Source: a virus. Taken from it: DNA of 64,000 bases. The stretch spans positions 1-64,000 of IMG/VR virus record IMGVR_UViG_3300045988_121917. One strand, written 5' to 3'. The number at the start of each line of letters is the position of its first letter. Within the stretch, counting starts at the first letter, position 1. The notes under the pieces are model-generated. The model worked only from the letters and a program-made list of their open reading frames with translations, made no database searches and was not told the origin of the DNA. A program made the position numbers and the translations under genes. This document shows, in pieces, positions 8,184 to 19,587 of this stretch.

Positions 8184-10082
8184 ATGTCTGAAAACTATGG
8201 TGTAAAAGACATAAAAACTTTGGAAGGTATTGAAGCCATCAGGCTTAGACCTGGTATGTATATAGGCTCAATCGGACCAGATGGAGTTAGACATATTACT
8301 CTTGAAATTATTTCTAACGTAATTGATGAGTATTTAAACGGATATTGTACAAAGTGTAATATTGAAGTAACAGAAAATGACATGGTAAAAGTTTCTGATG
8401 ATGGACGTGGTGTTCCTTTTGGAAAAGCCGCAGATGGTTCAGAAACTCTTGAAAATATTTTTACTAAACTTCATACAGGAGCTAAATTTGATAGCTCTGG
8501 TAAAACTGGATATAATACATCTGGTGGTATGAATGGTGTTGGTGCAAAAGCAACAAATGCATTGTCTGATAAATTTATTGTCACTTCCAAAAGAGATGGT
8601 AAAATTGCAACAATGACATTTGAAAAGGGTGAAAGAAAAGATTTTAAAGTTGAAAAGTATGCTGGAAAAGATACTGGAACAACTATTACTTTTCATCCTG
8701 ATATTGAGATTTTTAAAGAGGGAATCTCACTTGATTATGAAGAATTAAAAAGACAGATTCAGGAATTAGCATATCTTTCTCCTGGATTAACTTTTACATT
8801 AAAATATAAAGATAAGGCTGAAGATGTAATTGTTTCTCAGAATGGTATTCTGGATTATATTCAAGATTTGAATAAAAAGAAAAATACTATTACATCTGTT
8901 TTTTATGCTGAAGCTTTCGAAGATAGAATTGGTGTAAAATTAGCAATGCTGTATAACGATAGTTATACTGATACTTATAAATTATATACAAACTCAATTC
9001 CAAATACAGCTGGGACTCATCTTACTGGATTTAGAACTGCATTAACTTCTGCAATTAATAATTATGCAAGAGAGAATAAACTTCTTAAAGAGAAGGATTC
9101 TAATATCGTAGGTGATGAATTAAAAGAAGGTCTTGTATTAGTTCTTTCTTTTGTGATGCCAGACCCAGTCTTTTCAGGTCAGACAAAAGAGAAACTTGAT
9201 TCAAGTGAAGGACGTACAATGGTCCAGAAGCTGGTATCAAAAGAAATCGCAATTTGGCTTGACAGCCATCCTAATGACGCAAAAGCAATTATCAATAAAG
9301 CTTTATTAGCACGTGCCGCAAGAGAAAAAGCTAAAAAAGCTAAAGAAACAGTTCGTAAAGCTGATGTGAAGAAAAGGGCAGTAATGCCTGGTACATTAGC
9401 AGATGCAAGTTCTCGAAATAGAGCTTCTTGTGAAGTATTTATTGTAGAGGGAAAATCTGCGGCCGGTTCAACAAAAGAAGCAAGGGATAGAGCTACCCAG
9501 GCTGTATTCCCCGTAAGAGGAAAGATTCTTAACGTATTGAAGGCAGACCTCGCGAAGGCATTAAAGAACGCAGAAATTGATGGTATGATTACTGCTTTTG
9601 GACTTGAAATTAAAGATGGAAAAGTAATTGTAAATAAAGATAAATTGCGTTACGGTAAAATTGTTATTACAGCCGATGCGGACGTTGATGGTAGCCACAT
9701 TAGAGCGTTATTTTTAACCTTTATTTGGAAATTTGCTCCGCAATTAATTGAAGATGGATATATTTATGCGGCAGTTCCTCCACTTTATAAAGTAACTCAG
9801 GGAACTAAGATTACTTATTTAAAAGATGATGCTGCTCTTGAGGAGTTCAGAAAGACCGCTAAAAAATCTTTTGAGCTGGGTCGTATGAAGGGTCTTGGCG
9901 AGATGGACCCGTCCGAAATGGCTGAAACAGTTATGAATCCAGAAACTAGAACTCTTAAACAGATATGTATGGAAGACGCAGAAGAAGCTGCTAAAACTTT
10001 CATGAGATTGATGGGTGAGTCAGTTGTTTATAGAAAGAAATTTATCGAAGAGAATGCGTGGAGAGCAAATATTGACGTATAA
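8184..10082 (+). CDS. type IIA topoisomerase ATPase/Toprim subunit (GyrB/ParE-like)
   Basis: GHKL ATPase N-terminus, Toprim motifs EGKSAAGS and ADADVDGSHI, 632 aa. RBS AAAGGAG. Confidence 0.9.
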   Translation: MSENYGVKDIKTLEGIEAIRLRPGMYIGSIGPDGVRHITLEIISNVIDEYLNGYCTKCNIEVTENDMVKVSDDGRGVPFGKAADGSETLENIFTKLHTGAKFDSSGKTGYNTSGGMNGVGAKATNALSDKFIVTSKRDGKIATMTFEKGERKDFKVEKYAGKDTGTTITFHPDIEIFKEGISLDYEELKRQIQELAYLSPGLTFTLKYKDKAEDVIVSQNGILDYIQDLNKKKNTITSVFYAEAFEDRIGVKLAMLYNDSYTDTYKLYTNSIPNTAGTHLTGFRTALTSAINNYARENKLLKEKDSNIVGDELKEGLVLVLSFVMPDPVFSGQTKEKLDSSEGRTMVQKLVSKEIAIWLDSHPNDAKAIINKALLARAAREKAKKAKETVRKADVKKRAVMPGTLADASSRNRASCEVFIVEGKSAAGSTKEARDRATQAVFPVRGKILNVLKADLAKALKNAEIDGMITAFGLEIKDGKVIVNKDKLRYGKIVITADADVDGSHIRALFLTFIWKFAPQLIEDGYIYAAVPPLYKVTQGTKITYLKDDAALEEFRKTAKKSFELGRMKGLGEMDPSEMAETVMNPETRTLKQICMEDAEEAAKTFMRLMGESVVYRKKFIEENAWRANIDV

Positions 10083-10178
10083 TGATGCAATGTATCTGGC
10101 CGTTGGAGTTGAAGACGGCTGGATACATGTAACTCCAAAAGTGTGGAAAGAATATTTAAAAGCTAAAGAGGTTATTCA

Positions 10179-10538
10179 ATGGAAACAAAAATATTTGAAT
10201 TTGTACCAGAAGAGTCAGAACACTTTGAATCCCAATTTTTAAAATGGTATGATGCGGGCAAGCCTAAAAATAATTTTAATGAGGCTTATAATTATAGTAC
10301 AATAACTCAATTTCTTATATGGGAGTATGGATTATCAGATGAGTCATATGATAAACCTCGTAGATGGAATCAAATTGTAGAAGGGGTTGTTTGTATTAAT
10401 GGACGCTATTTTTCTGTTTGCTATGATAGAGGTTTAACAGAAATGCAAGAAGATGATTATGACTTTGATGATAATATTACTGAAGTTGAAAAATGCACAG
10501 TTTTAAAAGAGGTAACAGAATGGAAGAAAAAAAGATAA
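10179..10538 (+). CDS. hypothetical protein
   Basis: 119-aa ORF with AAAGAGG RBS 7 nt upstream. Confidence 0.4.
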   Translation: METKIFEFVPEESEHFESQFLKWYDAGKPKNNFNEAYNYSTITQFLIWEYGLSDESYDKPRRWNQIVEGVVCINGRYFSVCYDRGLTEMQEDDYDFDDNITEVEKCTVLKEVTEWKKKR

Positions 10539-10759
10539 TTGAATTAGCTGGAGATTTTTCTCAAAAACCAGATATGGCCGCAATTACCAAAATAACTCCT
10601 ATAAAAGATGGGGATAAAGTGATTTTACATTTTGATATAGAGAAATATAATTTAGATATAGATACTGTTGCTCAACAATTTAAGCTATGGCAGCAATGTT
10701 TTCCACATAATGATGTAATTGGAGATTTGTGTAATATAGGCATTGAAGTAAAGGAGTAA
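10520..10759 (+). CDS. hypothetical protein
   Basis: Internal ATG with AAAGAGG RBS. The track ORF 10493 likely starts here. Confidence 0.35.
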   Translation: MEEKKIIELAGDFSQKPDMAAITKITPIKDGDKVILHFDIEKYNLDIDTVAQQFKLWQQCFPHNDVIGDLCNIGIEVKE

Positions 10760-10761
10760 AT

Positions 10762-11208
10762 ATGATATTTTATACAGATGGTTCGGCGAGTCCAAATCCA
10801 GGCCCAGGTGGTTTTGGAGTTGTTCAAGTCGATACAGAAGGTAATATTTTAAGTACATATTCCAGTAGACAGGATAATACGACTAATAATGAACAGGAAA
10901 TGAAAGCTATTCTTTATGCGGCCTGTCAAGGAGTATTAGCTAAAGAAGATGTATTAATTTACTCTGATTCTGCATATGCAATTAATACTTTTTCAAACTG
11001 GATATATAATTGGGAAAGAAATGGATGGGTTAAAGGAGATGGAAAGGTTCCTGAAAATTTAGAAATTGTGAAGGCTTTTTTTGATATATCTAAAATAATT
11101 GAGGTTACTTTTGTAAAAGTAAAAGGACACTCTAAAAATCCATTTAATGAGCTGGCAGATAATCTGGCGACAGGCAAGGTTAAACCTGGTAACTATTTGA
11201 CAATTTAA
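10762..11208 (+). CDS. rnhA: ribonuclease HI
   Basis: YTDGSASPNPGPGGFGVV RNase H signature with conserved acidic residues. RBS AAGGAG. Confidence 0.85.
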   Translation: MIFYTDGSASPNPGPGGFGVVQVDTEGNILSTYSSRQDNTTNNEQEMKAILYAACQGVLAKEDVLIYSDSAYAINTFSNWIYNWERNGWVKGDGKVPENLEIVKAFFDISKIIEVTFVKVKGHSKNPFNELADNLATGKVKPGNYLTI

Positions 11209-11225
11209 TTTTTTTATGGTAATAT
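11197..11225 (+). promoter_or_regulatory. sigma70-type promoter TTGACA-N17-TGgTAATAT
   Basis: -35 TTGACA at 11197-11202, -10 at 11220-11225. Confidence 0.5.
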
Positions 11226-11232
11226 ATTATAT

Positions 11233-11511
11233 ATGGATAAGAATAAAGAACAGTTAAAAAAACAATTACTACATTTTGTTAAATCAGTTGAAGAACTTAT
11301 GACAAAAGAAGAATATGATAAATATATGAAAGAATATCATAAACAAGATCCTCTTTTACAAACAGGTTCTGGTTATTTATATGTTCCATCAGAAGATGTT
11401 GTTATTAGTGCTGATTCAATTTATAATTTTATAGAAAGAGTTATAGATGAAAGTTTGATGGATGTAAAAATGCAATATTATAAAGAATTATTCGATAAGG
11501 GAGAGTTTTAA
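11233..11511 (+). CDS. hypothetical protein
   Basis: 92-aa ORF. Its stop overlaps the start of the downstream topoisomerase subunit. Confidence 0.45.
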   Translation: MDKNKEQLKKQLLHFVKSVEELMTKEEYDKYMKEYHKQDPLLQTGSGYLYVPSEDVVISADSIYNFIERVIDESLMDVKMQYYKELFDKGEF

Positions 11512-13889
11512 TGAGTGAGAATATTATTCAAGTAAATATTAAAGATGAAATTGAACAGAGTTTACTTGATTATGGAATGAGTATCATTTCAGATCGAGCT
11601 TTACCTTCAGCAGAGGATGGATTAAAACCTGTTAATAGACGTATCTTATATGATATGTTTGATAAAGGTTTTATGAACAATAAGAAATTTGTAAAGTGTG
11701 CTCAGCCAGTCGGAGATACAATGGGTAGATTTCATCCGCATGGTGATAGTTCTATCTATGGTGCATTAGTATGGATGTCACAGGAATGGAATATGAGATA
11801 TCCACTCATTTCTTGGCATGGTAATAACGGAAGCCGAGATGGTGATGAACCGGCTGCATATAGATATACAGAATGTAAGCTTTCTAAACTTGGAGAAGAA
11901 ATGCTTGCAGATATTAAAAAGAATACAGTAGATTGGATGAATGCTTATACAGATGAGGAGCAGGAGCCAATTTATTTACCTGGCCGCATTCCAAACCTTA
12001 TTGTAAATGGTACTTCTGGAATTGCATGGGCGATGGCTTGTTCATTTGCACCGCACAATTTATCAGAAGTTATGGATGCAGCTATTTATCTTTTGGAAAA
12101 TCCAGAATGTGATATTAGAGAACTCTTAAACTATATTAAAGGTCCAGATTTTCCAACAGGTGGATTACTTATTAATAAAGATGAACTTGAGACAGCTTAT
12201 CTTACAGGAAAAGGTCGTGCAAGATTAAGAGGTGAATATACAATCGAATCTTCCAAAAACGGAGATAGTATTGTTTTTACTTCAATTCCTTATAAGGTAT
12301 CTAAAGAGACATTAACAATCGAGATTGATAAACTCTGTGAAGAAGGAGAACTTAATGGCGTAACAGCTATTAGAGATGAATCCAACAGAGATGGTGTACG
12401 TTTTGTAATTGAACTTGGTAAAGGAATATCTGCGGCACCGATTATCGCAAAATTATTCAAATCTACACGCCTTGAAGATACATATTCATTTAATCAGGTT
12501 GCGCTGGTTGATAAGAAACCAAGACTGCTGAATATTAAACAGCTTTTGGAAAATTATATTGAGCATCAGAAAGATGTTCTTTTAAGAAAGACTAAATTCG
12601 ATATTGAAAAAGTACAAGCAAGAATTCATATTCTTGAAGGATTATTAATTGCACTTGAAGATATTGATAATATTATTGCTTTAATTAAGAAATCTGCTAG
12701 TGCTGCTGCCGCAAAAGAAGCTTTAATGGATAAGTATAATCTTAGTGAAGCACAGGCAAAAGCAATTCTTGATATGAAATTAAGTAAATTGGCTCGTTTG
12801 GAATCAGTTGAAATTCAGACTGAAAAAGATAATTTACTTAAAAAAGAAGCTGAATTAAATCAGATTCTTTTAAATCCAGTTCCAGAGATGAAAAAAAACT
12901 TCACAGAGATTAAAACCTCATATGGAGATGCTCGTAGAACCACAATCACACAGGTAAATGTCACAAAAGAAGAAAAAGAGATTGAATATGTAGAACCTGA
13001 AAAATGTGTTGTTGTAATGACAGAAGATGGTTTGATTAAACGTATTCCTTCTACTAGCTTTAGAACTCAGAGAAGAAACGGAAAAGGCGTTAAAACACAA
13101 GGTGATGTTGTTAAAACTACCATCCGCACAAATACTATTGATTCTCTTATGGTATTTACAACAAAAGGAAAAATGTATCGTATCCTTGTAAATGATATTC
13201 CAGTAGGTACAAATGTATCTAAAGGTCAGTCAATTAAGTCTTTAATTGCGATGGATACTGATGAAGAACCTAATTTAATTTATTCTATTTATAGAGATAC
13301 TGATGCGAAATATTTATTATTTGTAACAAAGAACGGAATTACAAAGAAAACCTCATTAGAGGAATATACAAATACAAAGAAAAAGACTGGAATTATTGCT
13401 ATTAATCTTAAAGAAGATGATACCTTAGTATCTGTAAATCTTGTTAAAGATGAAGATTTAATTCTTTTAACCTCTAATGGTATGGGAATTAAGATTAATT
13501 CTGGAGAGATTTCAGCTTCTGGTAGAGCAACAGCAGGCGTTAAAGGAATCACTTTAAAGAAAGATGATTTTGTAGTTGCAGCATTACCAGTTCGTAATAA
13601 GACAGATTACATTGCAATCTTTTCATCTAAAGGTCTTGGAAAGAAGATTGAAATGGATGAATTAGTTCTTCAGAAACGTGCGGGAAAAGGTTTAATTATT
13701 TATAAGCCAACAGATGAAACAGGAACAGTTATTTCTGGTGCTTTAGTTGCAGACGAGGATAATATTCTTGTTGTTGGCAAATTAAGTTCAATTTGTATTT
13801 CAGCAAAAGACATTCCTCTTACAAGTAGAATTGCAACAGGTAATCAGTTAATTAAGAATGGTGAAATTACTTCTGTGACAAAAATTTAA
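11511..13889 (+). CDS. type IIA topoisomerase DNA breakage-reunion subunit (GyrA/ParC-like)
   Basis: Active-site region AAYRYTECKL (catalytic Tyr), HPHGD motif, C-terminal beta-pinwheel-like repeats, 792 aa. Confidence 0.9.
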   Translation: MSENIIQVNIKDEIEQSLLDYGMSIISDRALPSAEDGLKPVNRRILYDMFDKGFMNNKKFVKCAQPVGDTMGRFHPHGDSSIYGALVWMSQEWNMRYPLISWHGNNGSRDGDEPAAYRYTECKLSKLGEEMLADIKKNTVDWMNAYTDEEQEPIYLPGRIPNLIVNGTSGIAWAMACSFAPHNLSEVMDAAIYLLENPECDIRELLNYIKGPDFPTGGLLINKDELETAYLTGKGRARLRGEYTIESSKNGDSIVFTSIPYKVSKETLTIEIDKLCEEGELNGVTAIRDESNRDGVRFVIELGKGISAAPIIAKLFKSTRLEDTYSFNQVALVDKKPRLLNIKQLLENYIEHQKDVLLRKTKFDIEKVQARIHILEGLLIALEDIDNIIALIKKSASAAAAKEALMDKYNLSEAQAKAILDMKLSKLARLESVEIQTEKDNLLKKEAELNQILLNPVPEMKKNFTEIKTSYGDARRTTITQVNVTKEEKEIEYVEPEKCVVVMTEDGLIKRIPSTSFRTQRRNGKGVKTQGDVVKTTIRTNTIDSLMVFTTKGKMYRILVNDIPVGTNVSKGQSIKSLIAMDTDEEPNLIYSIYRDTDAKYLLFVTKNGITKKTSLEEYTNTKKKTGIIAINLKEDDTLVSVNLVKDEDLILLTSNGMGIKINSGEISASGRATAGVKGITLKKDDFVVAALPVRNKTDYIAIFSSKGLGKKIEMDELVLQKRAGKGLIIYKPTDETGTVISGALVADEDNILVVGKLSSICISAKDIPLTSRIATGNQLIKNGEITSVTKI

Positions 13890-13918
13890 GTGGGATTTAT
13901 TTCCCACTTATCTTTTCC
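13888..13918 (+). terminator. rho-independent terminator
   Basis: AAGTGGGATTTATTTCCCACTT hairpin followed by a T-rich tract. Confidence 0.7.
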
Positions 13919-13931
13919 AAAAGGAGAATAA

Positions 13932-15910
<1,979 letters not shown>

Positions 15911-15943
15911 TAAATTGTAATAAAGATAAGGATAGAAAAAAAT

Positions 15944-16138
15944 ATGAATAAGAAAGAAATCAAGAATTTAGCTAAACAAATCGCAAAGGCTGAATTAATT
16001 ATTCAGAATTCCACTGATCAAAAGGAAAGAAAATATGCGATGGATACAATAATTGCTTTATCCAATAAGCTCTCCTCATTAGAGGAAATAGAACGTGTCG
16101 ATGAGATGGTTCAAAAAATTTTAAAAAATAATTCTTGA
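15944..16138 (+). CDS. hypothetical small protein
   Basis: 64-aa ORF downstream of the promoter. Confidence 0.35.
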   Translation: MNKKEIKNLAKQIAKAELIIQNSTDQKERKYAMDTIIALSNKLSSLEEIERVDEMVQKILKNNS

Positions 16139-16163
16139 CTTAAAAATATTTTTTTGATATAAT
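16135..16163 (+). promoter_or_regulatory. sigma70-type promoter TTGACT-N17-TGaTATAAT
   Basis: Perfect -35, spacing and -10 upstream of the gene at 16237. Confidence 0.7.
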
Positions 16164-16236
16164 AATTACATAAGCTAAGAGAGCTTAGAAAATTACACAA
16201 ACAATAAAATTATTTAATTAAAGGAGATTTGTTATT

Positions 16237-16512
16237 ATGGCAAAAATGAAAGAAAATTCACGTAAAGTATTTGAGTATTTAAAGACTATCGGAGATGCAA
16301 AGGTTACAGCAGCAGATGTAGCAGAGGCACTCGGAATTGAGAAGAAACGTGTAGATGGAATCTTTACTTCCGCTATTCAGAGAAAAGGTCTTGGAGTTCG
16401 TACTCCTGCAGAAGTTGAGCTTGAGGACGGAAGTCATAAGGCAGTTAAGTTCTTGTCTCTTACACCAGCTGGCATGAGCTTCGACCTAGACGCTGAAGAT
16501 GAAGCTGAGTAA
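16237..16512 (+). CDS. small acidic HTH-like protein
   Basis: 91 aa. TAADVAEALGIEKKRVDG resembles an HTH, with an acidic C-terminal tail DLDAEDEAE. Strong RBS AAAGGAG. Own promoter and terminator. Higher GC than neighbours. Confidence 0.5.
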   Translation: MAKMKENSRKVFEYLKTIGDAKVTAADVAEALGIEKKRVDGIFTSAIQRKGLGVRTPAEVELEDGSHKAVKFLSLTPAGMSFDLDAEDEAE

Positions 16513-16538
16513 TTAAATTATTTTTGTAAGATAAATTA

Positions 16539-16571
16539 AAAGAGATAAGGTAATACTTATCTCTTTTTTTA
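16539..16571 (+). terminator. rho-independent terminator
   Basis: AAAGAGATAAGGTAATACTTATCTCTTTTTTT hairpin with T-run. Confidence 0.85.
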
Positions 16572-16578
16572 ACAAAAT

Positions 16579-17571
16579 ATGATTACTGTAATTATAGCAA
16601 TTTTTTGTCTTATATTGGGGGCTGGGTTAGTATATCTGTTTATGCAACCAAAAGTCAAAGTTACTCAAGAGGAAGATAAAGAAATTCTTGAAAAGAATAA
16701 AGCCGTTCAATTTGAGTTACAAGCAATGGAGCAAAGAACGGATTACTTAAAAGAGCAATATGAACAAAAATTGCAAGAATATAAACAATTAAAACAAGAT
16801 GTTGATAAGGAATATAAGGCTTCAGAAGAAAATGCGAAAAAATATTATCAACAAATGCTTGATTTTTATAAACAAAAATTTCACACTGATATAGAAGAAA
16901 TTCATGCTATTTTTATGAATACCAAACATAGTTTAGAAGATAGCTATGAAGAATTGGCTAAAGATTTAGTACAAGATTATTTGGATAAAGAGCAAGAAAG
17001 CATCCAAAAGATAAAAAAATTAAATGAAAAAATTCAATTTGAAGAATCTCAGCTAGAGGACTTGCGGCATAAGGTAGAGGCCGCAGTTGCGTATGATAAA
17101 CGCAATGAAGAAAATAAGAATAAAACTGATTTTTATAAATTAAATTTAGCTCAAGATGATTTAGATGAAATTTATGAATTAAGGAAAATTATTTCTCATT
17201 TTAGAAATCCTGAACCTGTAAATAAGGTTATATGGAAAACATATTATGAGAAACCTTATACTGATTTAGTTGGTAGAGTAATTGGTTCTGGTATTCATTG
17301 CGGTATTTATAAAATCACAAATTTACAAAATAATATGTGTTATGTCGGACAAAGTACGAATATTGCTGAACGTTGGAAACAGCATATTAAGCGTGGATTG
17401 GGCGCAGATACTCCGACCCGCAATAAACTTTATCCTATTATGCAGGCTGTTGGAGTTGAAAATTTTTCATTTGAAATCATTGAAGAATGTACAAAATCTC
17501 AATTAAATGATAGAGAAGATTATTGGCAAGATTTTTTTAAAGCAAAAGAATTTGGTTATAGTATAAAATAA
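16579..17571 (+). CDS. membrane-anchored coiled-coil protein with C-terminal GIY-YIG nuclease domain
   Basis: N-terminal TM helix, about 200 aa of K/E/Q-rich coiled coil, then GIYKITNL...YVGQS...RWKQH...ENFSFEIIEEC. This is paralogous to the GIY-YIG domain of the 19588 gene. Confidence 0.6.
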   Translation: MITVIIAIFCLILGAGLVYLFMQPKVKVTQEEDKEILEKNKAVQFELQAMEQRTDYLKEQYEQKLQEYKQLKQDVDKEYKASEENAKKYYQQMLDFYKQKFHTDIEEIHAIFMNTKHSLEDSYEELAKDLVQDYLDKEQESIQKIKKLNEKIQFEESQLEDLRHKVEAAVAYDKRNEENKNKTDFYKLNLAQDDLDEIYELRKIISHFRNPEPVNKVIWKTYYEKPYTDLVGRVIGSGIHCGIYKITNLQNNMCYVGQSTNIAERWKQHIKRGLGADTPTRNKLYPIMQAVGVENFSFEIIEECTKSQLNDREDYWQDFFKAKEFGYSIK

Positions 17572-17586
17572 AAGGAGAAAATTGTT

Positions 17587-17880
17587 ATGTATAGAATTAT
17601 TGATGGACGAGGAACAGGAAAAACTTCTCGATTATTCTTACTTGCAAAAGAAGCCGGTGTTCCGATTATTTGCCAGTGTCCGCAAGATATGAGAGAAAAA
17701 GCTTACTCTTATGGAATAACTGGCATTGATTTTATTAGTTATCAAGAAGCCCTTGCCGCAGGAGACCTATCTGATACAGCTAAAGAGGTATTTGTTGATA
17801 ATATTGAACAATTTTCTTATTATATATTAATGAAGAATCATTTTAAGTTGAAAGGATTTACAGTATCAAATGAAGATTAA
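17587..17880 (+). CDS. hypothetical protein with P-loop-like GRGTGKTS motif
   Basis: 97-aa ORF with RBS AAAGGAG. Confidence 0.4.
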   Translation: MYRIIDGRGTGKTSRLFLLAKEAGVPIICQCPQDMREKAYSYGITGIDFISYQEALAAGDLSDTAKEVFVDNIEQFSYYILMKNHFKLKGFTVSNED

Positions 17881-18193
17881 AGTATTTACAACTGACCAAA
17901 AAGGTTATATTACTTTAACGCAGAAAGAGCTTCAAGAGCTTTTAAATGAAGCTTATTGGGAAGGTTATAATGAGGGAAACAGATCTATACCAACTTATCC
18001 TAATCGTCCAAATCCTTACTATTGGACTACTGCAACAAACGGTAATGTAACTTTATTAAATAATCCAGATGTTACTAATAATATTAAAAATATTACACCA
18101 ACAGTAACAACTACTACTGGAAATTTATCAATTAAATCAGAAGATATGAAACCATATTCAATTAGTTATGATACAAAAACCAGAGGTAAATAA
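17870..18193 (+). CDS. hypothetical protein
   Basis: 107-aa ORF overlapping the upstream stop. Thr/Asn-rich C-terminal half. Confidence 0.4.
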   Translation: MKIKVFTTDQKGYITLTQKELQELLNEAYWEGYNEGNRSIPTYPNRPNPYYWTTATNGNVTLLNNPDVTNNIKNITPTVTTTTGNLSIKSEDMKPYSISYDTKTRGK

Positions 18194-18196
18194 AGA

Positions 18197-19093
18197 ATGA
18201 AATTTGAAAATATAAAAGTTTATAATTTTGAAAATGCTTTAAGAGGAATGAGAAATCCAAAAAATTCTTGGAATTTAAGCGATAGTTATTTTGGACTTAT
18301 TAATATAGACGATGATGAGCATGATTATGAAGTTGCTGAAGAGTGGGTTCAGAAAAAATTCCCTAATTATCCATCTAATGCAGACAATGAAGCCCTTATG
18401 GCTCAAGAAGAATATGATAGATGGCTTTTAAACAATGGTATTCTTGAAATTAATTTTGACCATCAATTGGCTAATGTCGCTTTTATTGGTCCGAATGATA
18501 TGAAGCTTGCTAAGGCTCTTATTAATGGCGGTTCCGAACATAGAAAATTTTTAAGACAAATTATGGTAACAGTTGACATTACAGCCCCACTTTTCTGGTG
18601 GAAGGAATTTGATACTTATAAAGTAGGTACTACAGCTAATTCTACTTCTACAATGCATAAACTTACGAGCAAGCCAATCACAAAAGATTGCTTTGAAATT
18701 GATGATTATGACCAAGATTTATCTGTCGATTTTACAGACCAATCTCTTGCTGGAGAAAATGGTTTTACTGACCACTGGCATATGGATATGTTTGTTGATG
18801 ACCTTATTGATAGATTAGAAGAACTTAGACTTGCTTATTTACAAACTAAAGATAAACGCTATTGGAAAGAACTCGTTCGTTGGTTACCAGAGTCTTGGCT
18901 TCAGACAAGAACTGTTACAATGAATTATGAAAATGTTTTGGCTATGGTTCATCAGAGAGGCCATCATAAACTTACAGAATGGTCTGGAGATGGCGAAGAG
19001 TTTATCAATGAAAGTTTCATTAAATTTGCTCATTCTTTACCTTATTCTGATGATTTTATCTTTATAGATAACAATACAACAGAAAGTAAGTAA
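18197..19093 (+). CDS. ThyX-fold (flavin-dependent thymidylate synthase-like) protein, apparently without the canonical RHRxxxS motif
   Basis: From memory, EHRKFLRQIMVTVDITAPLFWWKEF and VRWLPESWLQTRTVTMNYENVLAMVHQRG align with ThyX conserved blocks. DTYKV sits where RHR normally is. Confidence 0.4.
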   Translation: MKFENIKVYNFENALRGMRNPKNSWNLSDSYFGLINIDDDEHDYEVAEEWVQKKFPNYPSNADNEALMAQEEYDRWLLNNGILEINFDHQLANVAFIGPNDMKLAKALINGGSEHRKFLRQIMVTVDITAPLFWWKEFDTYKVGTTANSTSTMHKLTSKPITKDCFEIDDYDQDLSVDFTDQSLAGENGFTDHWHMDMFVDDLIDRLEELRLAYLQTKDKRYWKELVRWLPESWLQTRTVTMNYENVLAMVHQRGHHKLTEWSGDGEEFINESFIKFAHSLPYSDDFIFIDNNTTESK

Positions 19094-19100
19094 AACAGTA

Positions 19101-19129
19101 TTGATTTTTATTTAAAAAAATGTTATAAT
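19101..19129 (+). promoter_or_regulatory. sigma70-type promoter TTGATT-N17-TGtTATAAT
   Basis: -35 at 19101-19106, -10 at 19124-19129. Confidence 0.6.
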
Positions 19130-19140
19130 ATACTTATAAG

Positions 19141-19521
19141 ATGAAAGATGAAAGCGAGTTAAAAGAAATGAGTAAAAAAGAAAAATTTATTGAATGCATA
19201 GATTCATTATTTGCAGATTTAGATATGGCAGATATTGACCCAGATGTAATTGCTTATTGGGAGGCTTTTAAAGGAAAAGGTACTTCTAATAAACCATTAT
19301 TTACTGATAATGGAAAAATGATTTTAAAATATATGCAGGAGCATGTTTCTGATATGCCAATGGGTAAAGCAAAAGATATTGCTGAAGGAATGTTTGTTTC
19401 TTCAAGAACTGTATCTGGTGCAATTCAGAAACTTGTTAAAGATGGATATGTTGAGAAGATTGGGTCAGACCCAGTTGTCTATGCTTTAACAGATAATGGA
19501 AAAACAGTTAATATTGAATAA
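19141..19521 (+). CDS. hypothetical protein, possible winged-helix DNA-binding
   Basis: 126 aa. SSRTVSGAIQKLVKDGYVEKIG resembles a MarR-like recognition helix plus wing. Confidence 0.45.
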   Translation: MKDESELKEMSKKEKFIECIDSLFADLDMADIDPDVIAYWEAFKGKGTSNKPLFTDNGKMILKYMQEHVSDMPMGKAKDIAEGMFVSSRTVSGAIQKLVKDGYVEKIGSDPVVYALTDNGKTVNIE

Positions 19522-19587
19522 ATTTTTATGGGCTATGTTGATTAAAAAATAATCAACAAAACTCACATAATTGTGAGGAGGTATAAA

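Noticed and set aside
10015-10242. ORF overlapping the end of the gyrB-like gene
   Set aside because: It starts inside the GyrB coding region. The downstream ORF at 10179 has a proper RBS, so this frame is likely non-coding.
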